From NCBI GenBank assembly GCA_963773225.1, contig CAVZAO010000011.1, positions 17,416 through 81,415 on the forward strand: a stretch of 64,000 bases of DNA, read 5' to 3'. Position numbers and translations under genes: made by a program. This document shows, one piece after another, positions 20,423 through 29,386 of this stretch. The notes under the pieces were generated by a model. That model searched no databases, was not told the DNA's origin, and worked only from the letters and a program-made list of their open reading frames with translations. The DNA comes from an uncultured Pseudomonadota bacterium (GTDB taxonomy: Bacteria > Pseudomonadota > Alphaproteobacteria > Rhizobiales > Xanthobacteraceae). Each line of letters begins with the position of its first letter. The stretch's first letter is position 1.

Positions 20423-20700
20423 TCCGTGAGCTTCTGGCGAGTCTGGACTTCGCTACGGTCATGCTTGCGCTTGTGATGGTGCTTGCCGTAGGTGGCCATC
20501 ACGTGGCGGCACTCCTTGCTCACCTTGCTCCATTTTTTGCGCAGGCACGCGACAATCTTGTCCTGATCCGGAATCTTGTCGCCGCACAGCGCGTAGACGT
20601 CGCCTTCGCAGGCCTGCTGGGCCTCTTGCGATTGCGCCATCGCCGGCACCGAAGCAGTGACGAGCATCACAGCGGCCAAGATCGGGAGCATGCTTTTCAT
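20419..20700 (-). CDS. Small secreted Cys-containing basic protein (hypothetical)
   Basis: MKSMLPILAAVMLVTASVPAMA signal peptide, four Cys, HHHKRKH tail. The stop overlaps the NicO stop convergently (4 nt). Confidence 0.5.
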   Translation of the reverse strand: MKSMLPILAAVMLVTASVPAMAQSQEAQQACEGDVYALCGDKIPDQDKIVACLRKKWSKVSKECRHVMATYGKHHHKRKHDRSEVQTRQKLTD

Positions 20701-20943
20701 TGGGTGTCGCCTCACTTTGTGTTCAGTACGCAAACTAGTCTGAACGCCGTCGTTTTCCCTGCGCCCTTCGCCCATACGGCAGCGCACGTCGCGGCGCTTG
20801 TATTTCATCCCACTTAGCCTAATCAATTCGCGGCCCGTGAGTTCCACGCGGAGCGGACGGAACCGGGATGGCCGTTCCGCCCGGCTTAGGGTTGAATAGG
20901 GAATGAGGCCGATGTTCGGCGCGTTCGTGACCGAGGTGAAACC

Positions 20944-21384
20944 ATGCCGGCGGTAAGCCTGCTCCTGAATGTCTTGTGGATCGTGTTTGGCGGATTGTGG
21001 ATGGCGGCCGGCTGGCTGATCGCCGCCGCGATCATGGCGATCACCATCGTCGGCCTGCCCTGGGCGCGCGCTGCGCTCGAGATCGCGGTCTATACACTGC
21101 TGCCGTTCGGCAACACCGTGGTGCCGCGCGAGGTCTACACCGGCTACGCCGGCATCGGCAGCGGGCCGCTCGGCGCCCTCGGTAATGTGATCTGGCTGGT
21201 GCTGGCGGGTTGGTGGCTGGCGCTCGGCCATCTGCTCACCGCGTTCTTTCTGGCGATCACCATCGTCGGCCTGCCGTTCGCGTGGGCGCATTTCAAGCTC
21301 GCCGGCCTTTCGCTCTGGCCGATCGGCAAGACGGTGGTGACGCAGGACGAGGCCCAGCGCATGCGCCGCGCAGGGCTGCTTTAG
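20944..21384 (+). CDS. yccF: YccF-domain inner-membrane protein (DUF307)
   Basis: 146 aa with two internal repeats carrying ITIVGLPWA / ITIVGLPFAWAHFKLA. Confidence 0.85.
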   Translation: MPAVSLLLNVLWIVFGGLWMAAGWLIAAAIMAITIVGLPWARAALEIAVYTLLPFGNTVVPREVYTGYAGIGSGPLGALGNVIWLVLAGWWLALGHLLTAFFLAITIVGLPFAWAHFKLAGLSLWPIGKTVVTQDEAQRMRRAGLL

Positions 21385-21409
21385 TAGCGCGGCGCGCACC
21401 GCCGGCGCG

Positions 21410-21796
21410 CTAGCTCTCGTCAATTCCACCTATGCATTCGGCGAGTTGAACGAGTGACAGGCGCGCGCCGTTGCTTGGCACGCGTGCCATCGCTCTCAGC
21501 ATCCGGATGGCATAGGGCTTGGCAAGCAGATCAGTGAGCGCTTCCGGCGTCATGCCGGCCGGCGTGCCGGCTTCGCTGCCTTGAAAGAACCGGCCCACCG
21601 AAACGCCCAGCACCTGCGAAAGCCGCGCCAGTCGACTGGAGCCGACGCGGTTAATGCCCTTCTCGTATTTCTGAATCTGCTGGAAGGTAATTCCAAGCCG
21701 TCCAGCGAGGTCAGACTGAGATAGTCCTCTTTCGAGACGCAGGATTCGAATATTGTTGCCGACCAAGCAGTCGATGGAATCGGGCCTTTTCTTCAT
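21410..21796 (-). CDS. XRE-family HTH transcriptional regulator (PraR/PhrR-like)
   Basis: Start trimmed to MKKRPDSIDCLVGNNIRILR. HTH core LSQSDLAGRLGITFQQIQKYEKGINRVGSSRL. Confidence 0.85.
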   Translation of the reverse strand: MKKRPDSIDCLVGNNIRILRLERGLSQSDLAGRLGITFQQIQKYEKGINRVGSSRLARLSQVLGVSVGRFFQGSEAGTPAGMTPEALTDLLAKPYAIRMLRAMARVPSNGARLSLVQLAECIGGIDES

Positions 21797-21922
21797 CTTT
21801 ATTGACCGTTGCGACACGTCCACAGTGGGACGGCAGGTGCCGGAACATAGACTGGCCCTTGGACAATGCCAACGATTTCCGCCAGAGGCGCGTTTTAGCG
21901 CGCAGTCGGCCAAACGGTATCT

Positions 21923-22261
21923 TTAGGACACCTCGTCCCAACGGTTGATGAGATCGGTCACCGCCATAGATGACAAGGTGATCGCCCCGCTCGGGCTCAC
22001 CGACACATTCACGCTGTCCGGGCAATCGGCGACCATAGTTAAAAACGCCCGTAAAACCTCGCGCGGTTCCTCCGGCAAGCCCAAAAAGCGGTGCAACGTC
22101 TCGAGCAGATCGGGCTCCGCGCTCCAGTAATACAACTCGACGAGTTTACCTGGATCGGGACAGGTCTCGGCGAGCTCCCGCAGCACGGCACGGACCTTTC
22201 CCGTCGACTGCGTTACATTGTCGCTATCGTTAGCGCTCTCCCTCACATTCCCCGTCTTCAT
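21923..22261 (-). CDS. Hypothetical protein (112 aa) upstream of and co-oriented with the XRE regulator
   Basis: ORF trimmed to MKTGNVRESANDS. No family recognised. The upstream part of the track ORF looks non-coding (Arg-rich). Confidence 0.35.
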   Translation of the reverse strand: MKTGNVRESANDSDNVTQSTGKVRAVLRELAETCPDPGKLVELYYWSAEPDLLETLHRFLGLPEEPREVLRAFLTMVADCPDSVNVSVSPSGAITLSSMAVTDLINRWDEVS

Positions 22262-22773
22262 TTCCCCACTCCCGTTCTTCCAGCATTGCACGACGCGACG
22301 TTTGACCAACCAACGCCGCGCGCCATCGTTCTCCGGCGCGCTCCCGCGTGCGCCGGTTCCCCCTCTATTCGCGTGGCGACGCCGCACGGTCTCAGCGAAC
22401 CCAAGTCGCGAACGTTGTCGCTTTGGTTGGCACACCAAGGTCGGCAGCGTCTGCCGGACTGTCGGCGAACGCGTGTGCTGGATACAGGAATTCATCCTTG
22501 CGTTGCGTTCAGACTCTTCCGACCCCCAGTGATCCCCACCGCTCGATATTCTGCCGACCACATTCGTAACACTCAACCCTTTTAATGTAATTTATGCTGT
22601 CACAAACACCAGGTTGCGTTATCTTATGTTCACTAATGCGATAACTATTTTTATAATACAATCATAGCGTGTTATCGTCAGCCATGCTGCATAAAGCCGT
22701 TCGCTACCCGCAGATGGCGCGGCGGAGCCAACTCGGGCACCGTAACAAGAGCGTATTCTGAGAACCCCAACCC

Positions 22774-22787
22774 GAATCGATCGATTC
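22774..22787. promoter_or_regulatory. Perfect 14-bp palindrome GAATCGATCGATTC (two GANTC sites) just upstream of the TPR/GT41 gene
   Basis: Read directly from the sequence, at the edge of the AT-rich intergenic stretch 22577-22790. Function unknown. Confidence 0.3.
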
Positions 22788-22804
22788 AAGTGAGATTGCG
22801 CAGC

Positions 22805-25006
22805 ATGAGTCGGGACCGGCAGACTTCTGCTGCAGATGACACCCTGGCCAACGACGTGCGCGCGCTACTGACGACGGCGGTCGGTCATCACCAAGCTGGC
22901 CGGTTCGGCGACGCCGAAGCCGGCTATCGGCGTCTGTTGGCGCTACAGCCGGCGCGCGCGGACGTGCTGTTCAATCTCGCCGCCGCGCTACGGCAGCAGG
23001 ACCGCCTGGAGGAAGCCGCCGAAGCCTATCGGCAGACAGTGGCCCTCGCGTCGGATTATGCAGACGCCCACTACAATCTCGGCAACACCTTGATGGCGCT
23101 CGGGCGCCTTCCCGACGCCGTCGCCGCGTATCGCGGCGCCGTCGCGGCTCGGTCGGACTTCGCAACCGCCTACGTCAATCTCGGGGTCGCCTTGCAGCAG
23201 CAGGGCGCGCTCGAGGAAGCAGTGACGGCACTACGACGGGCGGTCACGGCCGCACCCGAATTCGTCGAGGCGCACGCCACACTTGGCGCAGTCTTGACCG
23301 CGCTCGGCCGGCCCGAAGAGGCAGCCACCGCCTGGCGCGACACGATCCGGCTTAAGCCCGGTTTCGCGCAAGCGCATTACAATCTAGGCACCGCGCTCGA
23401 CGCACTGGGACAGCCCGACGAAGCCGCCGCCGCCTACCGTGCGGCAATCACCGCCGATCCGACCCTGGTCGAAGCGCACTCCAACCTTGGCAACATCCTA
23501 AGCGCGCAAGGACAACTCGACGGCGCCATCGCCTGCTTCCGGCGGGCGCTCGTGCTCGCGCCGGAGCGCCCCGGCCTGCACTACAATCTCGGCAACGCGC
23601 TCAACAGTCGCGGCACGCTGGAAGACGCTGCCACCGCTTTCCGCCAGGCCATCGCGCTCAAGCCCGATCATGCCGACGCGCGCGCCAACCTCGCCATCGT
23701 GCTGATGAACCAGGGCCGCCTCGACGAGGCCGATGCGGAATTCCGGCGCGCGCTGGTTATCGCCCCCGATAATGCCGATATCCGTTCCAACTGGTTGTTC
23801 TGCCTGAACTACAGAACGGACATCAGCGCCGAAGATATGCTGGCCGCGCACCGCAACTGGGAGACGCGTCTTCTTCCGGCCCCGCCGCCCGTCCACGCCA
23901 ACCATCGCGTACCGGCGCGCCGGCTCAGAATCGGCTACGTGTCGCCTGATCTGCGGCAGCACTCGGTGGCCTATTTCATCGAACCCTTGCTGGCGGCACA
24001 CGACCGCCGCGCGGTCGAGGTCACGTGCTACGCGGAGGTCAGCAAGCCCGACCGCATGACTGCTCGCCTGCAGGCGCTTGCGGACCATTGGGTCTCGACG
24101 GTGGGCCTGATCGACGATGACCTTACTGCCCGCATCAAAGCCGATGCCATCGATATCCTGGTCGACTGTGCCGGCCACACCGCGCACAACCGCCTGCCGG
24201 TTTTCACACGCAAGCCGGCGCCGGTGCAGGCGACCTGGCTCGGCTATCCCAACAGCACGGGCCTCAGCGCCATCGATTACCGCATCGTCGATGCGGTTAC
24301 GGATCCCGCGGGCGCGCCTGCAAGCGAGCGCCTCGTTCGCCTGCCTGGCTTCCTCTGCTACGGCGGCGCGGATGATGCACCGCAGGCAGCGCCGCCACCT
24401 TGCCTCGGCAACGGCACCATCACCTTCGGCTCCTTCAACAACCCAGCCAAGCTTTCGGACCCGACCCTCGATGCCTGGGCCGCACTGCTGACGAGGCTGA
24501 CGGATGCGCGTCTGCTGCTCAAGGGCAAGCCGTTCGCCGACAAGGGCACGCGCGCGCTTTATCGTGACCGCCTAGCCGCGCGCGGCATCCCGCCCGCACG
24601 CGTCGAACTGATCGGTTGGTCGCCGGGCAGTGTTTCTCACCTCAAGCTCTATGAACGCATCGATATCGCGCTCGACCCATTTCCCTATAACGGCACCACG
24701 ACCACCTGCGAGGCGTTGTGGATGGGGGTGCCGGTCATCGCGCTCAAGGGCGACCGCCACAGCGGTCGCGTCGGCGCCAGCCTGCTCGCACGCATCGGCG
24801 CTGACGAATGGGTCGCCGACACGAGCGAAGATTACGTCGCGCGCGCCGCTCGGCTGGCCGCCGATCCGTCGCAATTGACGATGTTGCGAAAGACGTTGCG
24901 GGCGCGCGTCGCCGCTTCGCCCTTGTGCGACCGCGTTGCCTTCGCGCGGGCGATGGAAGCGGTCTACCGCGATATGTGGCAGAGTTGGTGCGCGGCGGGT
25001 GCGTGA
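22805..25006 (+). CDS. TPR-repeat protein with C-terminal O-GlcNAc-transferase-like (GT41/SPINDLY-type) domain
   Basis: About 9 TPR units (AHYNLGNTL, AYVNLGVAL, AHSNLGNIL and others). Then RIGYVSPDLRQHSVAYF, ILVDCAGHT, ITFGSFNNPAKL, LLLKG. A GTG alternative start lies at 22790. Confidence 0.87.
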   Translation: MSRDRQTSAADDTLANDVRALLTTAVGHHQAGRFGDAEAGYRRLLALQPARADVLFNLAAALRQQDRLEEAAEAYRQTVALASDYADAHYNLGNTLMALGRLPDAVAAYRGAVAARSDFATAYVNLGVALQQQGALEEAVTALRRAVTAAPEFVEAHATLGAVLTALGRPEEAATAWRDTIRLKPGFAQAHYNLGTALDALGQPDEAAAAYRAAITADPTLVEAHSNLGNILSAQGQLDGAIACFRRALVLAPERPGLHYNLGNALNSRGTLEDAATAFRQAIALKPDHADARANLAIVLMNQGRLDEADAEFRRALVIAPDNADIRSNWLFCLNYRTDISAEDMLAAHRNWETRLLPAPPPVHANHRVPARRLRIGYVSPDLRQHSVAYFIEPLLAAHDRRAVEVTCYAEVSKPDRMTARLQALADHWVSTVGLIDDDLTARIKADAIDILVDCAGHTAHNRLPVFTRKPAPVQATWLGYPNSTGLSAIDYRIVDAVTDPAGAPASERLVRLPGFLCYGGADDAPQAAPPPCLGNGTITFGSFNNPAKLSDPTLDAWAALLTRLTDARLLLKGKPFADKGTRALYRDRLAARGIPPARVELIGWSPGSVSHLKLYERIDIALDPFPYNGTTTTCEALWMGVPVIALKGDRHSGRVGASLLARIGADEWVADTSEDYVARAARLAADPSQLTMLRKTLRARVAASPLCDRVAFARAMEAVYRDMWQSWCAAGA

Positions 25007-25028
25007 GAGGCGGGCCGCCAGTTCAGGG

Positions 25029-25247
25029 TCACTCAGTCTCGCGGAGCAGCTTCTCGTGGTGCGCACAGGCCGCACGCAGCAGCAAGACCTGATCTTCCAG
25101 CTCGTTCAGGTTTTGCGCGATCTGCCGGACATAAAGATCGAGCGCGTCTCCGCCTCCGACCGTCATGCCGGTGCGCGACATGGACGATTGCGCCAATGTC
25201 GATCCGTGGCGCGGGGCCGCTTTGTCCTCGTCGTCCGATACGCTCAC
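25029..25247 (-). CDS. Hypothetical small protein (possible coiled coil)
   Basis: 72-aa ORF with a GTG start. GC-rich third positions in the second half. No family recognised. Confidence 0.25.
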   Translation of the reverse strand: MSVSDDEDKAAPRHGSTLAQSSMSRTGMTVGGGDALDLYVRQIAQNLNELEDQVLLLRAACAHHEKLLRETE

Positions 25248-25530
25248 CGGAAGCTCCCGCTACGCACTCATGCTGCGCGCTGCGCTTCAACCACAGCGCG
25301 TCATAAGCCTCAATCATTTCACATCGACCGGCGCCGGCATACTGCTGCAAGGTTCCAACGCCCGTTAGCGTTAAAGCGCGCGCATTAATCTTAAAATGCG
25401 CAATGCTGACAATTTGGCCGGACATCAACCGCTGGCCGCTCGACGCGCGCAAGACGCGCGCCTAAATCGATCTGCGATCTTCTCACGGGGGAAGAGCGTT
25501 CACTGTGTTCCTCTGATGCCGGAACGAACG

Positions 25531-25809
25531 ATGACGGATGCACCGCCGATCGCACCGCGCGCCGAACGGCGCCGCAACAGCCGCACGCCCCTGAACAGCG
25601 TCGGAGTGATCGGCATCGGCTGGGGTCATGCCATTGGCGAAAGCGTCGTTCGCGATTGGTCGGATGATGGCGCGCGCATGACCATCGCGCCTGAATTCGG
25701 GGTTCCCGACACCTTCGTGTTGCAGATCGCCGATGCGCCTGACGGCTGGCGCCCGTGCCGGGTGGTTCGCCGCGGCTGGTGCGAGATCGCCGTGCGGTTC
25801 GCCGCCTGA
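25531..25809 (+). CDS. PilZ-domain protein
   Basis: RRRNSR (RxxxR) followed by DWSDDG ((D/N)xSxxG). About 92 aa. In-frame alternative ATG at 25516. Confidence 0.7.
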   Translation: MTDAPPIAPRAERRRNSRTPLNSVGVIGIGWGHAIGESVVRDWSDDGARMTIAPEFGVPDTFVLQIADAPDGWRPCRVVRRGWCEIAVRFAA

Positions 25810-25858
25810 GGGGCGGCGGACGGCCGCCGCGCTACGCTAGCCACGCGCCGACAAGCCC

Positions 25859-25880
25859 CCGGGCCTCCCGGTCTTTTTTC
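25859..25880 (+). terminator. Probable intrinsic terminator after the PilZ gene
   Basis: CCGGG-CCT-CCCGG followed by TCTTTTTTC. The stem is short, hence moderate confidence. Confidence 0.4.
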
Positions 25881-25902
25881 CTCAACCAATACCCCCTATA
25901 TT

Positions 25903-26262
25903 CCGGGGTGCCGGGGGCAACCCCGGCTATGGCGATAAACGGGCGTCGTAATAAACCCATCGGACCCGGGGGCAGTACCCGGCGGCTCCACCCAAGCCCC
26001 TCAACCGGCCCTTCCCTCCAGGGGCCGGGCCCTTAGGGGGCTTCGGCGGGGCCGAAATAGGATCGACGAGGGCGTAAAGGGCGTACTTTTGCTCGGAATG
26101 GTTCCGCCGTTATCGGGCCGTTTTCATAGTTGCCAACGACAACTATGCTCCGGTTGCTCTGGCTGCGTAAGCAGTCCGAAAGACCGACTTAAAGCCCTGA
26201 CGGGTTAGCACCGTCAGGCGGGGTTCGGAGGCACCTGGCAACAGAAGCCTCCACTTCCTTTT
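25903..26262 (+). ncRNA. ssrA: Two-piece (circularly permuted) tmRNA gene. Acceptor piece about 25903-25992, spacer 25993-26047, coding piece 26048 to about 26255. Outer ends approximate.
   Basis: Tag ORF GCC AAC GAC AAC TAT GCT CCG GTT GCT CTG GCT GCG TAA (26132-26170) = ANDNYAPVALAA. GGGGCCG (26048-26054) pairs with upstream CGGCTCC (25983-25989), with G3-U. T-arm at 25966-25982. GGATCGACG D-loop analogue present. Confidence 0.88.
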
Positions 26263-26380
26263 CCCAGCCCCGCCCACCATCTCATCCTGCGGCAAGGTCC
26301 CGCGTCGCCGGGGATGGCTTTCGGCGCTGGCCGCGCTAGCATTGGCCCCGCCACCGGAATCAGAGCCTCGAAAGCCCTTA

Positions 26381-26935
26381 ATGCCCGACCATATTCGATA
26401 CGATCTTCTGACCCAGCAAGCGTTGCGCGGCGTCGTGCGCAGCGTTCTGATCGACGCCGCCAAGAACGGCCTGCCGGGCGACCACCATTTCTACATCGCC
26501 TTCGACACCAAGGCGGACGGCGTCGTCATCCCGGACCGGCTGCGCACCCAGTACCCGGAGCAAATGACGATCATCCTCCAGCACCAGTTCTGGGACCTGA
26601 AGGTCGTCGACGACGCCTTCGAGGTCGGACTCTCCTTCGGCGGGGTGCCGACCAAGCTCTTCATCCCGTTCGAGGCGGTGAAGGGCTTCTTCGACCCGTC
26701 GGTTCAGTTCGGCCTGCAGTTCGAGGAGGTGGGCGAGGAAGGCGAGCGCCCCGCCCCAGCCAATGCCTCCGAGAAGGGCGCCGAGCGACCGCCGCTGATT
26801 GCCTCGCAGCCGCCCGCGCCAAGCGCCGCCGCGGCCCCGCCGCAGGCGGCTGCCGCCCCCGAAGAGCCGGAGACGGAACCGCCGGCCACCGGCGGCGCCG
26901 AGGTCGTGCGGCTCGACCGCTTCCGCAAGAAATAA
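26381..26935 (+). CDS. sspB: SspB-like ClpXP adaptor (alphaproteobacterial stringent starvation protein B homologue)
   Basis: MPDHIRYDLLTQQALRGVVRSVL, HHFYIAFDT, MTIILQHQFWDLKV. A Pro/Ala/Glu-rich linker, then a basic tail VVRLDRFRKK. Confidence 0.82.
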   Translation: MPDHIRYDLLTQQALRGVVRSVLIDAAKNGLPGDHHFYIAFDTKADGVVIPDRLRTQYPEQMTIILQHQFWDLKVVDDAFEVGLSFGGVPTKLFIPFEAVKGFFDPSVQFGLQFEEVGEEGERPAPANASEKGAERPPLIASQPPAPSAAAAPPQAAAAPEEPETEPPATGGAEVVRLDRFRKK

Positions 26936-27040
26936 TCGAAAGCGCCATCAGCGCGGCATGCGGGGACACGCCTTGTCCTCGCGCACGATCGGCTTAGGTT
27001 CGTTGGCGAGCAGCATTACTCCCAAGCACGGACCTTAGGC

Positions 27041-28453
27041 ATGGCGAAAGCGCACAAACCTTCCGAGAAGACCCGCAGCGAAAGCGACAGCTTCGGACCG
27101 ATCGAGATTCCGGCCGACCGGCTGTGGGGCGCACAGACGCAGCGCTCGCTGCAGAACTTCCGCATCGGCGGCGAGCGCATGCCGCTGCCCGTCATCCACG
27201 CCCTCGGCCTGATCAAACGTGCGGCGGCGGAAACGAACCTCGATCTCGGCACGCTCGACAAAAAGCGCGCCGACGCCATCGCGAAAGTCGCGCAGGAGAT
27301 CGCCGACGGCAAGCTCGACGAACACTTCCCCCTGGGGGTGTGGCAGACCGGCTCCGGCACGCAATCGAACATGAACGTGAACGAGGTGATCGCCAACGCG
27401 GCCAATCTGCGGCTCGGCGGCAAGCTCGGCGCCAAGGCGCCGGTCCATCCCAATGATCACGTCAACCGCGGCCAGTCCTCGAACGACAGCTTCCCGACTG
27501 CCATGCATATCGCCGCCGCGCTCGAGATCGAGCGGCACCTGAAACCGGCGCTGCAACATCTGCATGCCGCGCTCGACGGGAAGGCGAAGGAATTCGCCAA
27601 GATCGTCAAGATCGGCCGCACCCACACCATGGACGCGACGCCCTTGACGCTCGGCCAGGAATTTTCGGGCTACGCCGCACAGGTGAAATCCGCATTGGCG
27701 CGCATCGAACTGGCGGCCCGCGAGCTCTATCCGCTCGCGCAGGGCGGCACTGCGGTGGGTACCGGCCTCAACACGCATCCGAAGTTCGCGAAAGAATTCG
27801 CCAAGCGCATCGCCGCCATGACCGGACTGCCGTTCGTCAGCGCGCCCAACAAGTTCGAGCACATGGCCGGTCACGATGCTTACGTGTTCGTGCACGGAGC
27901 GCTCAATGCCGCGGCGACCGCCCTCTACAAGATCGGCAACGACATTCGCCTGCTCGGCTCCGGCCCACGCGCCGGCCTCGGCGAGCTGATCCTGCCGGCA
28001 AACGAGCTCGGCTCTTCGATCATGCCGGGCAAGACCAATCCTACCCAGAACGAAGCGCTGACTATGGTCTGTTGCCAGGTTTTCGGCAATCAGACCGCGA
28101 TTACAGCAGCCGGCAGCCAGGGCCAGTTCGAGCTCAATGTGTTCAAGCCGATGCTCGCCTATTGCATGCTGCAGTCGGTCAAGCTTCTCGGCGACGCCGC
28201 GCGCTCATTCACCGACAATTGCGTGGTCGGGATCAAAGCCAACGAAGCGCATATCGCCGAGATGATGCAGCGCTCGCTGATGCTGGTGACGGCGCTGTCG
28301 CCCCACATCGGCTACGACAAGGCGGCGCAGATCGCCAAGGCCGCCCACGCCAATGGCACGACCCTGCGCGAGGAGGCCGTGCGCCTTGGATTTGTCAGCG
28401 GCGCCGAGTTTGACCGGCTGGTGCGCCCCGAAAAGATGACGCGACCGTCATAA
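27041..28453 (+). CDS. fumC: Class II fumarate hydratase
   Basis: 470 aa. Signature [15 protein letters not shown]. Full-length similarity pattern to FumC. Confidence 0.97.
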   Translation: MAKAHKPSEKTRSESDSFGPIEIPADRLWGAQTQRSLQNFRIGGERMPLPVIHALGLIKRAAAETNLDLGTLDKKRADAIAKVAQEIADGKLDEHFPLGVWQTGSGTQSNMNVNEVIANAANLRLGGKLGAKAPVHPNDHVNRGQSSNDSFPTAMHIAAALEIERHLKPALQHLHAALDGKAKEFAKIVKIGRTHTMDATPLTLGQEFSGYAAQVKSALARIELAARELYPLAQGGTAVGTGLNTHPKFAKEFAKRIAAMTGLPFVSAPNKFEHMAGHDAYVFVHGALNAAATALYKIGNDIRLLGSGPRAGLGELILPANELGSSIMPGKTNPTQNEALTMVCCQVFGNQTAITAAGSQGQFELNVFKPMLAYCMLQSVKLLGDAARSFTDNCVVGIKANEAHIAEMMQRSLMLVTALSPHIGYDKAAQIAKAAHANGTTLREEAVRLGFVSGAEFDRLVRPEKMTRPS

Positions 28454-28913
28454 TCGCAGGGGCAATGGTGCGGCCTGCATCCTCTTATGTCTTGTTTCCT
28501 ACTATTGCACCATTCCCGCGCACGCCAAAAGTGCTTCGGTAATATTCTACGCGCTCAGGAAGGTCCCCCACTCGGGTCGAGCGATATTCTACGCTTCCAG
28601 CAATGTATTTTGATCGCCGCTCTCGCAATGTTTACAGCGGGATGGCTGGCGTTTTACTTAGGGTGAAGGCGCGTATCGACGACAATACGTAAAATTATTA
28701 GCCACGTCGCGCTGCCTAAATTCTCCGCTTTATTTATTTCGACTGGCAAGGCGCTTGTACTAATTTGAGGCATTACGTCAAATTTGACTCGGACAACTTT
28801 GCTACATTGGATTCTTGCCAAGGTCTTGGCGTATTTGGGCGCCACCTTTGAACTCTGACCAGTGCTCAAACCACCGGTGCCAAGGGTGCCAAGGTACCAA
28901 AGAGGGGCGGCAA

Positions 28914-29102
28914 ATGGCTGACGTGGTAAACCTGCGGACGGCCCGTAAGCAAGCCAAGCGCAAGCAGGACGAAGCGCTCGCCAGCGCCAACCGTCTCGCT
29001 CACGGCCAACCCAAAGCGGCCAGCAAGCTGCAGGCCGCGCAGGACGCCAAAGCTAGCCGCGATCTCGAGGGCCACCGTATCGACAAAGGAGATGGCCGAT
29101 GA
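28914..29102 (+). CDS. DUF4169-family small basic protein
   Basis: MADVVNLRTARKQAKRKQDEALASANRLAHG (62 aa). The stop overlaps the next ATG (ATGA). Confidence 0.65.
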   Translation: MADVVNLRTARKQAKRKQDEALASANRLAHGQPKAASKLQAAQDAKASRDLEGHRIDKGDGR

Positions 29103-29386
29103 AATCACCGGTTATCAAACGCTCGATCGTCATCGCGGGCCACAAGACCAGCGTCAGCCTCGAAGACGCATTCTGGAAATGCCTGAAAGAAATCGCCGGC
29201 AGTCGCGACATGACCTTGTCCGACCTCGTGGCGACGATCGACACCGACCGTCAGCAGGGCAACCTGTCGTCGGCCATCAGACTGTTTGTGCTGGACCACT
29301 ACCGCTCGCAGCGCGTCGGCGAGCATCGCGAGCCGACACATGGCGGGGCCTACCGCGCCGTCCCCACGGCGCTATCGCCCGAGTGA
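29099..29386 (+). CDS. Ribbon-helix-helix (RHH_4-type) domain protein
   Basis: MKSPVIKRSIVIAGHKTSVSLEDAFWKCLKEIAGSRDMTLSDLVATID. The 3' end overlaps the AsmA-like gene convergently by 15 nt. Confidence 0.72.
   Translation: MKSPVIKRSIVIAGHKTSVSLEDAFWKCLKEIAGSRDMTLSDLVATIDTDRQQGNLSSAIRLFVLDHYRSQRVGEHREPTHGGAYRAVPTALSPE

Noticed and set aside
20721-20745. GTTCAG-N13-CTGAAC inverted repeat upstream of the small secreted protein gene.
   Set aside because: Arms of only 6 bp with no second copy in the window. This could easily be chance.
25033-25452. 139-aa minus-strand ORF (MSGQIVSIAHFKINARAL...) overlapping the 72-aa ORF, possibly one frameshifted gene.
   Set aside because: No family was recognised in either frame, the first part is AT-rich, and I cannot show a frameshift junction. 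Only the 72-aa ORF is listed, at low confidence.
28654-28869. 71-aa minus-strand ORF and 59-aa plus-strand ORF (28487-28666) in the AT-rich island.
   Set aside because: Atypical composition and no SD or family signal, so they are not reported as genes. The island itself is listed as a finding.
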